Counted from the first letter of the stretch, positions 27,285-37,101 are shown. The stretch is DNA of 64,000 nucleotides from an uncultured Gammaproteobacteria bacterium (GCA_964596525.1 CAZQUL010000001.1:12830-76829); one strand, 5' to 3'. Notes: generated by a model not told the origin, from the letters alone. A program made the numbers and translations.

Positions 27285-30200
27285 TTAGACCACAACGGAA
27301 AGAAGCTTGCCTTTCACGTAAATGATCTTCTTCGGTTCATTGCCTTCGAGCCATTTTATCACTTTCTCGCTCGCGAGCGCGCGCTTTTTTATTTCATCCT
27401 CGCTCGTTTCAGCGGCAACGGTGAGCGTATCGCGTACCTTGCCGTTAACCTGCACGGCGATTTCGAGTTCCTGCGCTTTGGCAAGATCTGAATCATATGC
27501 GGGCCAGGCGGCGTACGCCACACTCCCCTCTTCGCCGAGCGCGCGCCACAGCTCTTCGGACAGGTGTGGCGCAAAAGGTGCGACGAGCCGAACGACGATT
27601 GATAGCGTTTCACGGGTTAAATTTTCTTCACGAGCCAAATCGTTAGAAAGTTCCATCAAACTTGCGACCGCAGTGTTGAAACGCATCGCTTCGATGTCTT
27701 CGGAAACTTTCTTGATGGTCCGATGGAGAGTATTGAGCACACCGGGAGAATCCGAGGTTTGAGATTCAGTTTCTGCAATCTTTATTTTCTGCGTGAGCCC
27801 CCACACTTTTTCCAAGAACCTTCTCACCCCGACGAGTCCGTTCGTGTCCCATTCGACCGGCTGATCGAACGGTCCCATGAACATGATGTAGGTGCGGAGC
27901 GTATCGGCACCGTAGTCGGCGATCACGTCGTCGGGATTCACCACGTTACCTTTGCTTTTGCTCATCTTCTCACCACCTTTGGCGAGGATGAGGCCGTGCG
28001 AAGTGCGTTTTTTGTACGGTTCGCTCACCGGTACAAGCCCGATGTCGAATAAGAATTGGTTCCAGAACCGCGAGTAGAGCAGATGGAGCACCGTGTGTTC
28101 CATACCGCCGTTATACCAATCGACTCCGCCTTCGCCTGGCTTCGGCGAGGCAAGCCCGCCATTCGTCATCCAGTATTTTAGTTTTTCCGATGAGGCGAAT
28201 TGTTTGTCGTTATGCGGATCGCAATAACGCAAGAAATACCAGCTCGAACCGGCCCAGTTGGGCATGGTGTCGGTTTCGCGGCGAGCGGCTCCGCCACAGC
28301 GCGGACACGTAGTTTTAACCCAGGATTCGATGGCGGCCAGAGGAGATTCCCCCGTATCGGTCGGTTCGTATTTTTCCACCTTCGGCAACTTGAGTGGAAG
28401 TTCAGATTCAGGAAGCGGAATCCAACCAGGATTAAGCTTTTCTCCTTCTGTTCTAAAAGTTATGGAATCTTTATTATTAGCGCACGAGAAACAGAACACA
28501 AGCGGAATCGGCTCGCCCCAATAACGCTGACGTGAAAATACCCAATCACGCAGCTTGAACTGCACTTCTTTTTTTCCGAGACCGCGCTCTTCGAGTCGAG
28601 CGATGATTTTTTCACGCGCCTCGGCCGTTCCAAGGCCGGTGAATTCGTGGGAGTTGGTAAGAACGCCTTCGCCGGTCCAGAGCTCGTCTTTAAGGACGCG
28701 TTTCCACATGAGGCGCATGTCCTGCACCCATGAGAGGAATTGATCAACTTCGTTCTTGTTTACCCAGTGCAGATCTTGGATATCTTGCTCTTCTTTGGAC
28801 ACTTCTTTCCGGTCGCCATTCTCGAGCTGAAAAAGAAACGGCTGAAAATGCGCCCAGCGGTTTTCGCTCTTTACTACTTGGTAGTACTGCGCATGAATGA
28901 TGCCGCCGAGTTTGCGCACAAGCTTGGCCGAGGTATAACCCGTTTCTTCCACGATTTCGCGCGCGGCGGTTTGGGCCGCGTCTTCGCCATCTTCGATGCC
29001 GCCGATGACGAACCCGCGCCAATCGGTTTTTTTCCATTTGAAGCAAAGATACTTGTCTTCACTCCAGTGTTTGACGATCGCGACCGCGTTGTGGCGTTTC
29101 TTGAAGGGTTCACTGCTGCGCACCGCATCGTCGCCGGTGGTTTTCTTGAAGAGCGGTTCAACAACTTCTCTCACCGGCAAACCGAACGTTTGGGCGAATT
29201 CGAAATCGCGTTCGTCGTGCGCTGGCACGGCCATGATGGCGCCGGTGCCGTAACCCGGAAGCACATAGTCAGCGACGAATATTGGCAGTTCCTTGCCCGT
29301 GAGCGGATGAAGCGCTTTCAATCCTTTAAGCTCTACCCCACTCTTGCCTTTCGCCAGATCGGTACGTTCCAAATCCGATTTCTTGCGGGTTGCTTCGATA
29401 TACTTTCTCACCTCGTCTGCATTTGTGATATCTGCTACCCACGCTTCGACATCTTTATGTTCGGGCGCAACAACGAGAAATTCGACGCCAAACAAAGTGT
29501 CGGGCCGGGTGGTGAAGACTTCGATTGTAGTTTCGTCATTGCGAGCCGAGGTACGGGGTGAATCAATCGCTTTGTTATCAGAACTTATTTTGGCAGCAGA
29601 GTCCGAAGTTGATTTTGGGGATTGCTTCGCTTTGCTCGCAATGACAGAGAAGATAATTCGCGCCCCTTCGCTTTTCCCGATCCAATTCTCTTGCTGCGTT
29701 TTTGCCTGCGGAATGTAATCAACGTCTTTGAGCCCGGCGAGGAGTTTGTCGGCGTACTTCGTAATGGCGAGCATCCACTGTTCTTTGTCACGGCGCTCCA
29801 CGGCCGTACCGCACCGCTCACAACAGCCGTTTACCACTTCTTCGTTGGCGAGACCGATTTTGTCTTTGGGGCACCAATTGATGGGCTGGTTTTTTTTGTA
29901 GGCGAGACCATGTTTATAAAATTGTAAAAACAACCACTGCGTCCATTTAAAGTACGCGGGGTCGGTGGTATCGACGACACGCGACCAGTCGAAACTGAAA
30001 CCAGACGCTTTGAGCTGGCGCGTAAAGGTAGCGATGTTTTCAGCGGTCACGTCGGAGGGCAGCCGGCCAGTTTTGATAGCAAAGTTTTCAGTCGGGAGTC
30101 CGAACGCGTCGAAGCCGATGGGGTACAACACGTTCTCTCCCTGCATGCGGCGCTTGCGGGCGATAACGTCCATGGCCGTAAACGGACGGCTATGACCCAC

Positions 30201-30347
30201 ATGCAAGCCAGCGCCGGAGGGATACGGAAATTCAATAAGGGCGAAAAATTTTTTCTTAGCTTCGTCTTCAGAGACGGCGAACGTCTTGTTTTTATCCCAG
30301 AATTCCTGCCATTTCTTTTCGATCTCGGCGGGGGTGTACTTGTGCAT
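27285..30347 (-). CDS. leuS: Leucine--tRNA ligase with an internal NUDIX domain
   Basis: FPYPSGAGLHVGH and KMSKSKGN motifs, editing domain VFTTRPDT/GTGAIMAVPAHD, Nudix box GGIEDGEDAAQTAAREIVEETG. Confidence 0.98.
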   Translation of the reverse strand: MHKYTPAEIEKKWQEFWDKNKTFAVSEDEAKKKFFALIEFPYPSGAGLHVGHSRPFTAMDVIARKRRMQGENVLYPIGFDAFGLPTENFAIKTGRLPSDVTAENIATFTRQLKASGFSFDWSRVVDTTDPAYFKWTQWLFLQFYKHGLAYKKNQPINWCPKDKIGLANEEVVNGCCERCGTAVERRDKEQWMLAITKYADKLLAGLKDVDYIPQAKTQQENWIGKSEGARIIFSVIASKAKQSPKSTSDSAAKISSDNKAIDSPRTSARNDETTIEVFTTRPDTLFGVEFLVVAPEHKDVEAWVADITNADEVRKYIEATRKKSDLERTDLAKGKSGVELKGLKALHPLTGKELPIFVADYVLPGYGTGAIMAVPAHDERDFEFAQTFGLPVREVVEPLFKKTTGDDAVRSSEPFKKRHNAVAIVKHWSEDKYLCFKWKKTDWRGFVIGGIEDGEDAAQTAAREIVEETGYTSAKLVRKLGGIIHAQYYQVVKSENRWAHFQPFLFQLENGDRKEVSKEEQDIQDLHWVNKNEVDQFLSWVQDMRLMWKRVLKDELWTGEGVLTNSHEFTGLGTAEAREKIIARLEERGLGKKEVQFKLRDWVFSRQRYWGEPIPLVFCFSCANNKDSITFRTEGEKLNPGWIPLPESELPLKLPKVEKYEPTDTGESPLAAIESWVKTTCPRCGGAARRETDTMPNWAGSSWYFLRYCDPHNDKQFASSEKLKYWMTNGGLASPKPGEGGVDWYNGGMEHTVLHLLYSRFWNQFLFDIGLVPVSEPYKKRTSHGLILAKGGEKMSKSKGNVVNPDDVIADYGADTLRTYIMFMGPFDQPVEWDTNGLVGVRRFLEKVWGLTQKIKIAETESQTSDSPGVLNTLHRTIKKVSEDIEAMRFNTAVASLMELSNDLAREENLTRETLSIVVRLVAPFAPHLSEELWRALGEEGSVAYAAWPAYDSDLAKAQELEIAVQVNGKVRDTLTVAAETSEDEIKKRALASEKVIKWLEGNEPKKIIYVKGKLLSVVV
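28126..28160. repeat. Short REP-like palindromic insertion, in frame in leuS
   Basis: ccgccttcgcctggcttcggcgaggcaagcccgcc encodes GGLASPKPGEGG at a position where LeuRS normally reads YW.P.VD.Y. Confidence 0.55.
29535..29645. repeat. 111-bp palindromic element, in frame in leuS
   Basis: Perfect 12-bp terminal inverted repeats gtcattgcgagc/gctcgcaatgac; encodes VIASKAKQS...SARND. Confidence 0.8.
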
Positions 30348-30489
30348 AGGTAAGGTGATTATGGGCGTAGTTTAGCGGTTCATGCGCTGGAAAGCAAGTT
30401 CGAAGCGAAGGACGAGTCTGTTTTTTGTTTTGACAAAAAAACATGCTCATGAAACTATATGACCGGTCCAACCGCGATAGGAGAAACCC

Positions 30490-30999
30490 ATGCCCCATCC
30501 GCCGATCGGAGCCCATTTCCTCAACCACATGGCCGGCTGCAACCAAGAGATGCGCGAGCTCCGTCTCGCACGAGAACGGAAGGATCCGAATTTTCAGAAG
30601 ATCCAAGAAATCGTGGAATGGTTCGAAAAGTTTTTTGCGGGTCAAGCCGGCCGCATTACCAAAGAAACGCTCACCGAATACCGCGCCCGAGCGCGTTTGT
30701 GTGCCATGCCGGAGGGGAACGGCAAGCGAGAGCGATTTTACTTTCTGACAAGCGAAGGCCTAGTCGTGTCCGGGGCAGACTGGAGCATGCTCTTCGCCAC
30801 TACTCTGCACGCCTTTGCCCGCGATGTGGTGGAAAGCGGTGTTGAATTCTCGACTATCATGCACCATCTCACGCGCTCGATCGAGAACCTGGTCAACTGG
30901 ATGCCGGTTCCGTGCGATCCCGAGCCAAGCCTGCCGCTAGCTCTCATCGTTTCTCCCCAAGCCAAAGCCAACACCGCAGAACACGGTACGGCCAGCTAA
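30490..30999 (+). CDS. Hypothetical protein
   Basis: 169 aa; TTGACA(30430) promoter and SD AGGAG. Confidence 0.7.
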   Translation: MPHPPIGAHFLNHMAGCNQEMRELRLARERKDPNFQKIQEIVEWFEKFFAGQAGRITKETLTEYRARARLCAMPEGNGKRERFYFLTSEGLVVSGADWSMLFATTLHAFARDVVESGVEFSTIMHHLTRSIENLVNWMPVPCDPEPSLPLALIVSPQAKANTAEHGTAS

Positions 31000-31148
31000 G
31001 TACGGAAGGCACTTTCTAAGCCTATGACAGCAGACTCTCCGTCTGCTTTTTTGCACCATAATTTCTCGCGGACCGAGTTGACAAAATTATACTGTCGCCT
31101 ATAGTGTGTAAGCCCTGCATCCACGCAATTCTACGACGGAGAGACACC

Positions 31149-31610
31149 ATGCAAACCGCTCTGAGCGAACTTGCTTCGGAGATTGACAGTACGCTGCAAC
31201 GAGCAGCCGCGCAGCGCAAAGCGCACGAAGAGGCAGGCAGAAGGCAGCATTTCAAAGAATTGCTCGACAAACTAGAGGAATACCTGGTCGGAACTGGGCC
31301 AGGCGGTGGATACGATATGCCTTTGCGCCGTGAAGGGGAACAGATCCGACAGCTCCTTAGCCAAACCGGCACGTTCATCGTCCTTTTTCAAGAGACCGGA
31401 CAAGTTCCGCTTACCCGCGAATTGATACTCAACCCCTCAGGCGAGATTATCTCGAGGCCACGCGGGCCGGGCTACGAATCCACGATCGAATTCTCTCGGC
31501 TCGCCGAAGTTCTGACGAGAAATGCCATTTCCTTCGAAGAGCTCCGACTGAGAGTTCAGAATCAAGCCCGTGCTATACTAACAGATCTAAAAGCCACGCT
31601 CGACATCTAA
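31149..31610 (+). CDS. Hypothetical protein
   Basis: TTGACA(31078)/TATAGT promoter, SD GGAG, start MQTALS. Confidence 0.7.
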   Translation: MQTALSELASEIDSTLQRAAAQRKAHEEAGRRQHFKELLDKLEEYLVGTGPGGGYDMPLRREGEQIRQLLSQTGTFIVLFQETGQVPLTRELILNPSGEIISRPRGPGYESTIEFSRLAEVLTRNAISFEELRLRVQNQARAILTDLKATLDI

Positions 31611-31803
31611 ATGAGCAGTCTCTTGGGCGAGCACTCTAGACACGACGGTGTCAATTCGTACAAGCAATCCATAACAGACCCGCCTACCTCTAGGTAGAGA
31701 GTGTTATACGGGTCTTTTTGTTTATTATTGACAAAAGGGCATTTTTATAGTACAATTTTTTGTCCGCTTTGCGCGGCTTTGACAATCAATGAAAGGAGTC
31801 GTC

Positions 31804-32010
31804 ATGGCAACACTCGTACCGAAAATCCTACATCAGGACGCTGAGTCGGTTATCTGGAGGTTCAATCGAATTCTCGACAGCGAGCAAGAACGAGAGGTGA
31901 AAGCTGCCATCCTTGGCGAATTTAAAAGTTCCAGCCGCACAGCCGTAACAGTGCTGCCAGTCAACCGGTCATCTACCATCGTCGTTGCCCGGATCATGGA
32001 TTCTTTCTAG
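31804..32010 (+). CDS. Small hypothetical protein
   Basis: TTGACA(31728)-17-TACAAT(31751) promoter, SD AAAGGAG, start MATLVP. Confidence 0.65.
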   Translation: MATLVPKILHQDAESVIWRFNRILDSEQEREVKAAILGEFKSSSRTAVTVLPVNRSSTIVVARIMDSF

Positions 32011-32027
32011 CACCCAAGGAGCATGCC

Positions 32028-32603
32028 ATGGACAGCCGAATCAACGTAATCATCGAAAAGATCCAGGCCTTCTTGAAAGGCCCGCAGTGGAAGCAGGCGC
32101 TCGAGAAGCTCAACCCCAAGCAAAAAACCAACCCGCTGATCTTCTTCTACACCGGGAAAGGCCGCTTCATCATCCTCAGGCCCGACGGATTCTACGAGTC
32201 GCAGTGGGCCGAAAAAAAGAACACGCTCACTCCGCGTAGCATCGCGGAAGTCGCTGATGCCGTGACACTGCAAGAGGCCTCGATCGACCAAATCTTGACC
32301 AAGCTCATCAACGAGCTCAAGAGAAGACGGCTCATTCCGCAGTCGATCACCATCGCAATCGAAGGCCGGAACTACCAATTCCTTGTTCCGCGCGGCGTCG
32401 GACTCATCCAGATCGGCATCGAGCACGCCCTGGTCGAGTACTCCTCTTCTGAGGATTCTTACGCCGGCCACTCCCTGCGCGGAACCGGGCTTGTAATCGC
32501 CCGCGGCGAGAAAGTTCTACGCTCGATCGTTACGACCAAACTCCTTTCTACCGACTACCGAGAGTACGACGGAGCGCCGATCAATCCAGGCACGCTCATG
32601 TAG
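32028..32603 (+). CDS. Hypothetical protein
   Basis: 191 aa; SD AAGGAG; probably co-transcribed with the upstream small ORF. Confidence 0.75.
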   Translation: MDSRINVIIEKIQAFLKGPQWKQALEKLNPKQKTNPLIFFYTGKGRFIILRPDGFYESQWAEKKNTLTPRSIAEVADAVTLQEASIDQILTKLINELKRRRLIPQSITIAIEGRNYQFLVPRGVGLIQIGIEHALVEYSSSEDSYAGHSLRGTGLVIARGEKVLRSIVTTKLLSTDYREYDGAPINPGTLM

Positions 32604-32871
32604 ACGCACCCCGCTTACCCCCGCCCGACGCATATCCGCGCCATCCGATGGGCACACAACAGACCCATCTCCCTTTCTTTCCAAAAAATTGGGAAAAGAG
32701 GGAGGGTCTGTTTTGTTTTTCGCTAAAAAACCACACGAAACTAAACGCGCAGTGATGAGAATTTTCCATATATTTGTCTAAATTTTGATAATCCCATCAT
32801 ATTGTTGACAATATTAAATAAAGGTGATAGGCTGTCCCCGCCTTCCAAACCAACTCGACAAGGACAACGAC

Positions 32872-33276
32872 ATGTACCAGAAGATCCGAAACGCACTTAT
32901 CGCTGCCGGCTGCACGTTTTTCCTCTCGTTTTCCGCCTGCAACGACGACGGCCTGACCGCAGAGGCCATGTCCGAAACCTGGCGCAAGATGACCAGTCCC
33001 AACGAGCTTTTGATCCGCGATGCCTGCGCGGGGAATCTCATCGATGGATTTCCTGGCAGCGGTGAAGTGAAGAGGCGCTCCATCTGCATTCTCAATCCAG
33101 AGGTATCGACCGAGGAATGCCGATATGAGATGGACAGAGCTGCCCCGATTCTGGCCAACAAGCGAACCTTGATGCCCGAGGATGGCAGCGGCAGCTGCGG
33201 CATTTCGAAGCTCCCCTTCATGGGTGGCGAGATCATTGGCTGTACCTACTGCGAATGGACAGTCCAGAAGAAGTAG
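32872..33276 (+). CDS. Cys-rich putative lipoprotein
   Basis: MYQKIRNALIAAGCTFFLSFSAC signal with lipobox-like Cys; own promoter (32805) and terminator (near 33310-33332). Confidence 0.7.
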   Translation: MYQKIRNALIAAGCTFFLSFSACNDDGLTAEAMSETWRKMTSPNELLIRDACAGNLIDGFPGSGEVKRRSICILNPEVSTEECRYEMDRAAPILANKRTLMPEDGSGSCGISKLPFMGGEIIGCTYCEWTVQKK

Positions 33277-33410
33277 CCAGCAACGCTAGCTAGATTTTCC
33301 CCGACGACAGCCCTGCGGGGCTTTTTTATTTTATGCGAAAGATGTTTAAGAATTGACAAGAAACCACAGCTTCATTAAGGTTGCAAAGAACCTCCCGCTA
33401 GGAGCCCATC

Positions 33411-33803
33411 ATGAAAGCGTTCTTTGCCGCATCCATACTCAGCACCGTCGCCCTGTGCGCACCCGCTACAGGCCGTGCCGAAAACAACAATCCCGACGCC
33501 TACTGCCAAACAGATCAAGGCCTGCACGAACTGAAAGCGGGCGATCACTGCCCGGGCGTCTATGTCACCAAGCTCGCGCTTAACACCTGGTATGAAAGCG
33601 TGTGCAAGGGCGTGCTCATGGTCGATTTTGTAGGCCGAATCAACATAATTTTCAGCTGCTACTCGTCCCTGGGCCGCATCCAGCGCTCCCATGTCTGCGC
33701 CGAAAATCGACCCGATGTTCATATTTCACACTCGGGCCCGCATAAAGGCGCCGGAACAGGCGGCGGGAGCTCCATCAAAGCGCTGTGCGCGATTCGCAAA
33801 TAA
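33411..33803 (+). CDS. Small secreted Cys-rich protein (paralog A)
   Basis: Signal peptide MKAFFAASILSTVALCAPATGRA; 6 Cys in the mature part; SD AGGAG. Confidence 0.75.
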   Translation: MKAFFAASILSTVALCAPATGRAENNNPDAYCQTDQGLHELKAGDHCPGVYVTKLALNTWYESVCKGVLMVDFVGRINIIFSCYSSLGRIQRSHVCAENRPDVHISHSGPHKGAGTGGGSSIKALCAIRK

Positions 33804-33970
33804 CCGCCAACAAGACTGCTGCAATATTCGCATCCAGCGCGCGCCTTCTGGCGCGTTTTTTATTTTAATAAATCTTGCACGATAGAATCGTTGAGACAAA
33901 TATAAAAGGTCCTCTTTTGCGAAGACCTTTGCAGTACTGAGACTACCGTTTTTCTCCTAGGAACTTACTA

Positions 33971-35044
33971 TCAGTCTGTTCCCAGCGTAATTCCAGCCAC
34001 ATCTCCCCGCTCGGTGAAGTGGTAGAGCGTGTTAGGAGGACTGTAGTCAATGACCGGAACTGACCGCGCACTCATGCTTGTCCGGAGGAAGCACCAGGCA
34101 TCCATTGCGATGTTGTAGGCCTGGAGCCAATCGGAGCCCGTACCGGCCACCTCGTACTTGGTCAGGCCGTTTGCCTGCCAGACGACATCACCACGCAGCG
34201 TATACGCACCACCGCGGTTGGCGAGCCCGGCCGGCGTCTTGGATACCCAAGCGGAATTGACGAGAACGGTCACGTCGGTCGAAAACGTTTCGATGTCCTT
34301 GCCGAAGACGTAAAGGGCACCGTTGTACACCACTGCCCCATCACCCATTCCCTGCGGGCGGTCGGGCAGCATGCGCCACATCATAGTCGCGACATCATAC
34401 GCCATGGCCTTGGCCGGAGAACCGACCGGGCCGCTCAGCGCATACATCGTCCCCCCGCCAGATGCAGTGGTAGGCGGGTATTTGGGCGTTTCGGCCAGAG
34501 GGAAAGACATCACATCAACCCACGTGTCCGAGGCCATATTGTACCGCATCAGGCGATTCCCGGCCATCTTGGGGACGAAAGCATAAAGCACATTCTGCAC
34601 TTCCGCTACCGCCACCGGTCCCGTAACTCCGGCGATCGATGATCGCGGAGCCCAAGCATTTGTCTGCAAGTTGAGCTCGTAGTGATCGCCGTCGGCAACC
34701 AAGTTGAAAGCGTGGAAGCTGTTCCCTACCAGGGTCGCTCCGGCGACCTTGGGCGGGTTACGCAGGGCATAACCCGAGAAGACAGCTCCGCGATGGTTGG
34801 CTCCTGCACCCGTGGTGGTCACCAGGCCGTGGGTGATCTGCGGTGCTTGAAAGCACGGCGTAGGCCCATTAGGAGACAAATCGTCCGGACTAGGCTTGAG
34901 ATCGCTCCCGCTCATATCAACGCCACCTGCGTCCGAACATCCGCCGGTAGATAGGCAGCCCATCGTCGTATCCGGGGGAGAACCCATCATGTTGCAGCCA
35001 AAACCCGAAAACCCAATCAACGCAAGCACGAGAACTTTCTTCAT
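33971..35044 (-). CDS. Kelch-repeat lipoprotein
   Basis: MKKVLVLALIGFSGFGC lipobox; Asp/Ser linker DAGGVDMSGSDLKPSPDDLS; Kelch blades (YNMASDTW, YDVATMMW, AVVYNGALYVFG, YNIAMDAW). Confidence 0.8.
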   Translation of the reverse strand: MKKVLVLALIGFSGFGCNMMGSPPDTTMGCLSTGGCSDAGGVDMSGSDLKPSPDDLSPNGPTPCFQAPQITHGLVTTTGAGANHRGAVFSGYALRNPPKVAGATLVGNSFHAFNLVADGDHYELNLQTNAWAPRSSIAGVTGPVAVAEVQNVLYAFVPKMAGNRLMRYNMASDTWVDVMSFPLAETPKYPPTTASGGGTMYALSGPVGSPAKAMAYDVATMMWRMLPDRPQGMGDGAVVYNGALYVFGKDIETFSTDVTVLVNSAWVSKTPAGLANRGGAYTLRGDVVWQANGLTKYEVAGTGSDWLQAYNIAMDAWCFLRTSMSARSVPVIDYSPPNTLYHFTERGDVAGITLGTD

Positions 35045-35282
35045 GGTCAACTCCTGACTGTCGCCTGGGGTTTCTAAGCCAAGAGGTCCTGTGTAAGCGG
35101 TCCGATGGTACGAACGCCCATTCGGGCCGTAGAGCAAAACCATCTCGTCAGTCGAGATGGCTGAGAGCAGGTTATACCATTCAAAAAGAAAGTAAAGACA
35201 ATAAAGTGGATAAGTTAGCCAAATCCGAACATATCTTGACGATGATGCTAGACCATGCTAGATTGCTGCCTTGGAGGGAACT

Positions 35283-35681
35283 ATGCTCATTATTAAAAGA
35301 AAAGTGCGGTTGACATGCCTGCTTGGGTTTTTCTTAGCTATGTGGCACACCCCGGTACAGGCACAAACAACGGAACAGGCATCCAATTCGAACACCGCCC
35401 AGCCGCCGCTTACCATCCTCAAACGCAGCTACGACTACTCGGTATTTTGCCGCGATTATAGCCGGCTTATCGTAGAAACGCAGCCGAATAAGGAATTCCA
35501 ACGGATCAGTTGCCTTCACGATGACGGCAGCGAAGACGTTATGATCTTCGCCTGCGAAAGCGGCTTCGATCAGGTGTCGCACAGCACTACCTATCGCCAA
35601 CCCAACGGCACATCGGTAACGGTGAGCTGCACCCCAGCACGGCGACATCGGCACCACCGACGATCCAACGATCGGTCGTAG
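35283..35681 (+). CDS. Small secreted Cys-rich protein (divergent paralog B)
   Basis: Signal peptide ending PVQA; Cys pattern YSVFC/RISC/IFAC/TVSC; SD GGAGG. Confidence 0.7.
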   Translation: MLIIKRKVRLTCLLGFFLAMWHTPVQAQTTEQASNSNTAQPPLTILKRSYDYSVFCRDYSRLIVETQPNKEFQRISCLHDDGSEDVMIFACESGFDQVSHSTTYRQPNGTSVTVSCTPARRHRHHRRSNDRS

Positions 35682-35792
35682 ACCAACGTTTAGGCGCCAT
35701 CCACCTGCTTCATTGACGCCAACCGCTCACTCGGGCAGACTGGCGCTTGAAGGCCTTGAGATTCAGCAACCGTTCGCTTTATGGAGGAAACG

Positions 35793-36224
35793 ATGAAACG
35801 CTTTTCGCTCGCTTTTTCCCTGTTCCTTGGCACTGTTTCTGCCGCCCCAGCTTCGGCCGACTCAAATCAGGCCAGTTTCAGGGCAGAATACTGCATGAAT
35901 GAAAAGAATCAAGGGGAAGTGCGCAAGCTCGAGCAGGGCGAGGCCTGCCACGGCCTGCCCGTAAGCTACGGCACCGTTGGCGATGGGTTCTACTACTCTC
36001 TTATCTGCCCCACCTCGAAGAAGCTAAGCCATTACACGCCAACCAATCTGGGTCCGCAGGAGGATAAGACGTCGGTCGTCTTTACGTGCGACGATGTGTC
36101 GTACATGGTCATTTGTACTGCCAACGGTAAAGGTAGCAAAGAAATGTCCATTACCGTACGCGGCCCCACGCGCTTTTCGTTAAAGAAAGCTAACGTCCTT
36201 ACTGCGGAGTGCCTAAAGAAGTAA
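35793..36224 (+). CDS. Small secreted Cys-rich protein (paralog C)
   Basis: Signal peptide MKRFSLAFSLFLGTVSAAPASA; aligns with 33411-33803; SD GGAGG. Confidence 0.75.
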   Translation: MKRFSLAFSLFLGTVSAAPASADSNQASFRAEYCMNEKNQGEVRKLEQGEACHGLPVSYGTVGDGFYYSLICPTSKKLSHYTPTNLGPQEDKTSVVFTCDDVSYMVICTANGKGSKEMSITVRGPTRFSLKKANVLTAECLKK

Positions 36225-36237
36225 ACGGCCTTTCATC

Positions 36238-37101
36238 TCACTTCTGACACACGCTACACCAGTGCGTACCGCGTCCCGCGACGCGGCTTTTTTGTATCGG
36301 GCCTTTTTGGCACGTCGGACAGGTCTCCCCTTCTTTCTCATACACTTTCAAAATACTCGAAAAATTCCCCGTCTTTCCTTCGCTGTCGACGTAATTGTTA
36401 AAGGTCGTGCCGCGATACTCAATGGCAAGCGCGATAATGCGGATGGTTTCATCATACAACGCTCGGATCTCTTTCGGTTTAAGAGTGGAAGTTCGGCGAG
36501 ATGGCGCTACATGCGCGGCATGGCAGATTTCGTCGGCATAAATATTGCCGATACCAGAAACAAACGCCTGGTTTAAAAGCAATGCTTTGATATTCATCTT
36601 TTTCTTTTTGATAAGAACGGCGAACACGTCGAACGTAAAATCGTCACGCAACGGTTCGATGCCGTACTTTTCGAGAACGTTTTCCAACTCTTCATCATTT
36701 ACGATTTTGATGTATCCAAACCGGCGTGAGTCATTAAAAAACAACGTTGAACCGTCGGTGAACGTAATCGCCGCTTGTGTGTGCTTGTTCGGCAGCTCAG
36801 TATCCATGGTAGAAAAACTGTGCCCGCCGGCGAATACTTTTTCTTTCACTTTGTAAATCAGCTGCCCGGTCATTTTAAGGTGCAAGAGCACCGCGCCAGC
36901 ACGATCTTTAAGGCGGAACATAAGCAACTTACCGCGCCGTTCGATCTCGATGAATTCTGAGTGCGTTAAAAAATTAATGGTTTCCACGCGCTTCCCACCT
37001 ACGACTTTATCAAACCAAATCTCGACCTTATCGATCGGTTTATTCAAGATTTTGCGCCGCAGATCCTGGCGGATGGTTTCTACTTCGGGGAGTTCGGGCA
37101 T
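36238..37101 (-). CDS. mutM: Formamidopyrimidine-DNA glycosylase
   Basis: MPELPEVET, HLKMTG and GIGNIYADE motifs; C-terminal CPTC...CSVCQ Zn finger. Confidence 0.98.
   Translation of the reverse strand: MPELPEVETIRQDLRRKILNKPIDKVEIWFDKVVGGKRVETINFLTHSEFIEIERRGKLLMFRLKDRAGAVLLHLKMTGQLIYKVKEKVFAGGHSFSTMDTELPNKHTQAAITFTDGSTLFFNDSRRFGYIKIVNDEELENVLEKYGIEPLRDDFTFDVFAVLIKKKKMNIKALLLNQAFVSGIGNIYADEICHAAHVAPSRRTSTLKPKEIRALYDETIRIIALAIEYRGTTFNNYVDSEGKTGNFSSILKVYEKEGETCPTCQKGPIQKSRVAGRGTHWCSVCQK

Noticed and set aside
30430-36224. Prophage or integron explanation for the ORFan island
   Set aside because: No integrase, phage structural genes or attC-like repeats, and the genes carry their own promoters.
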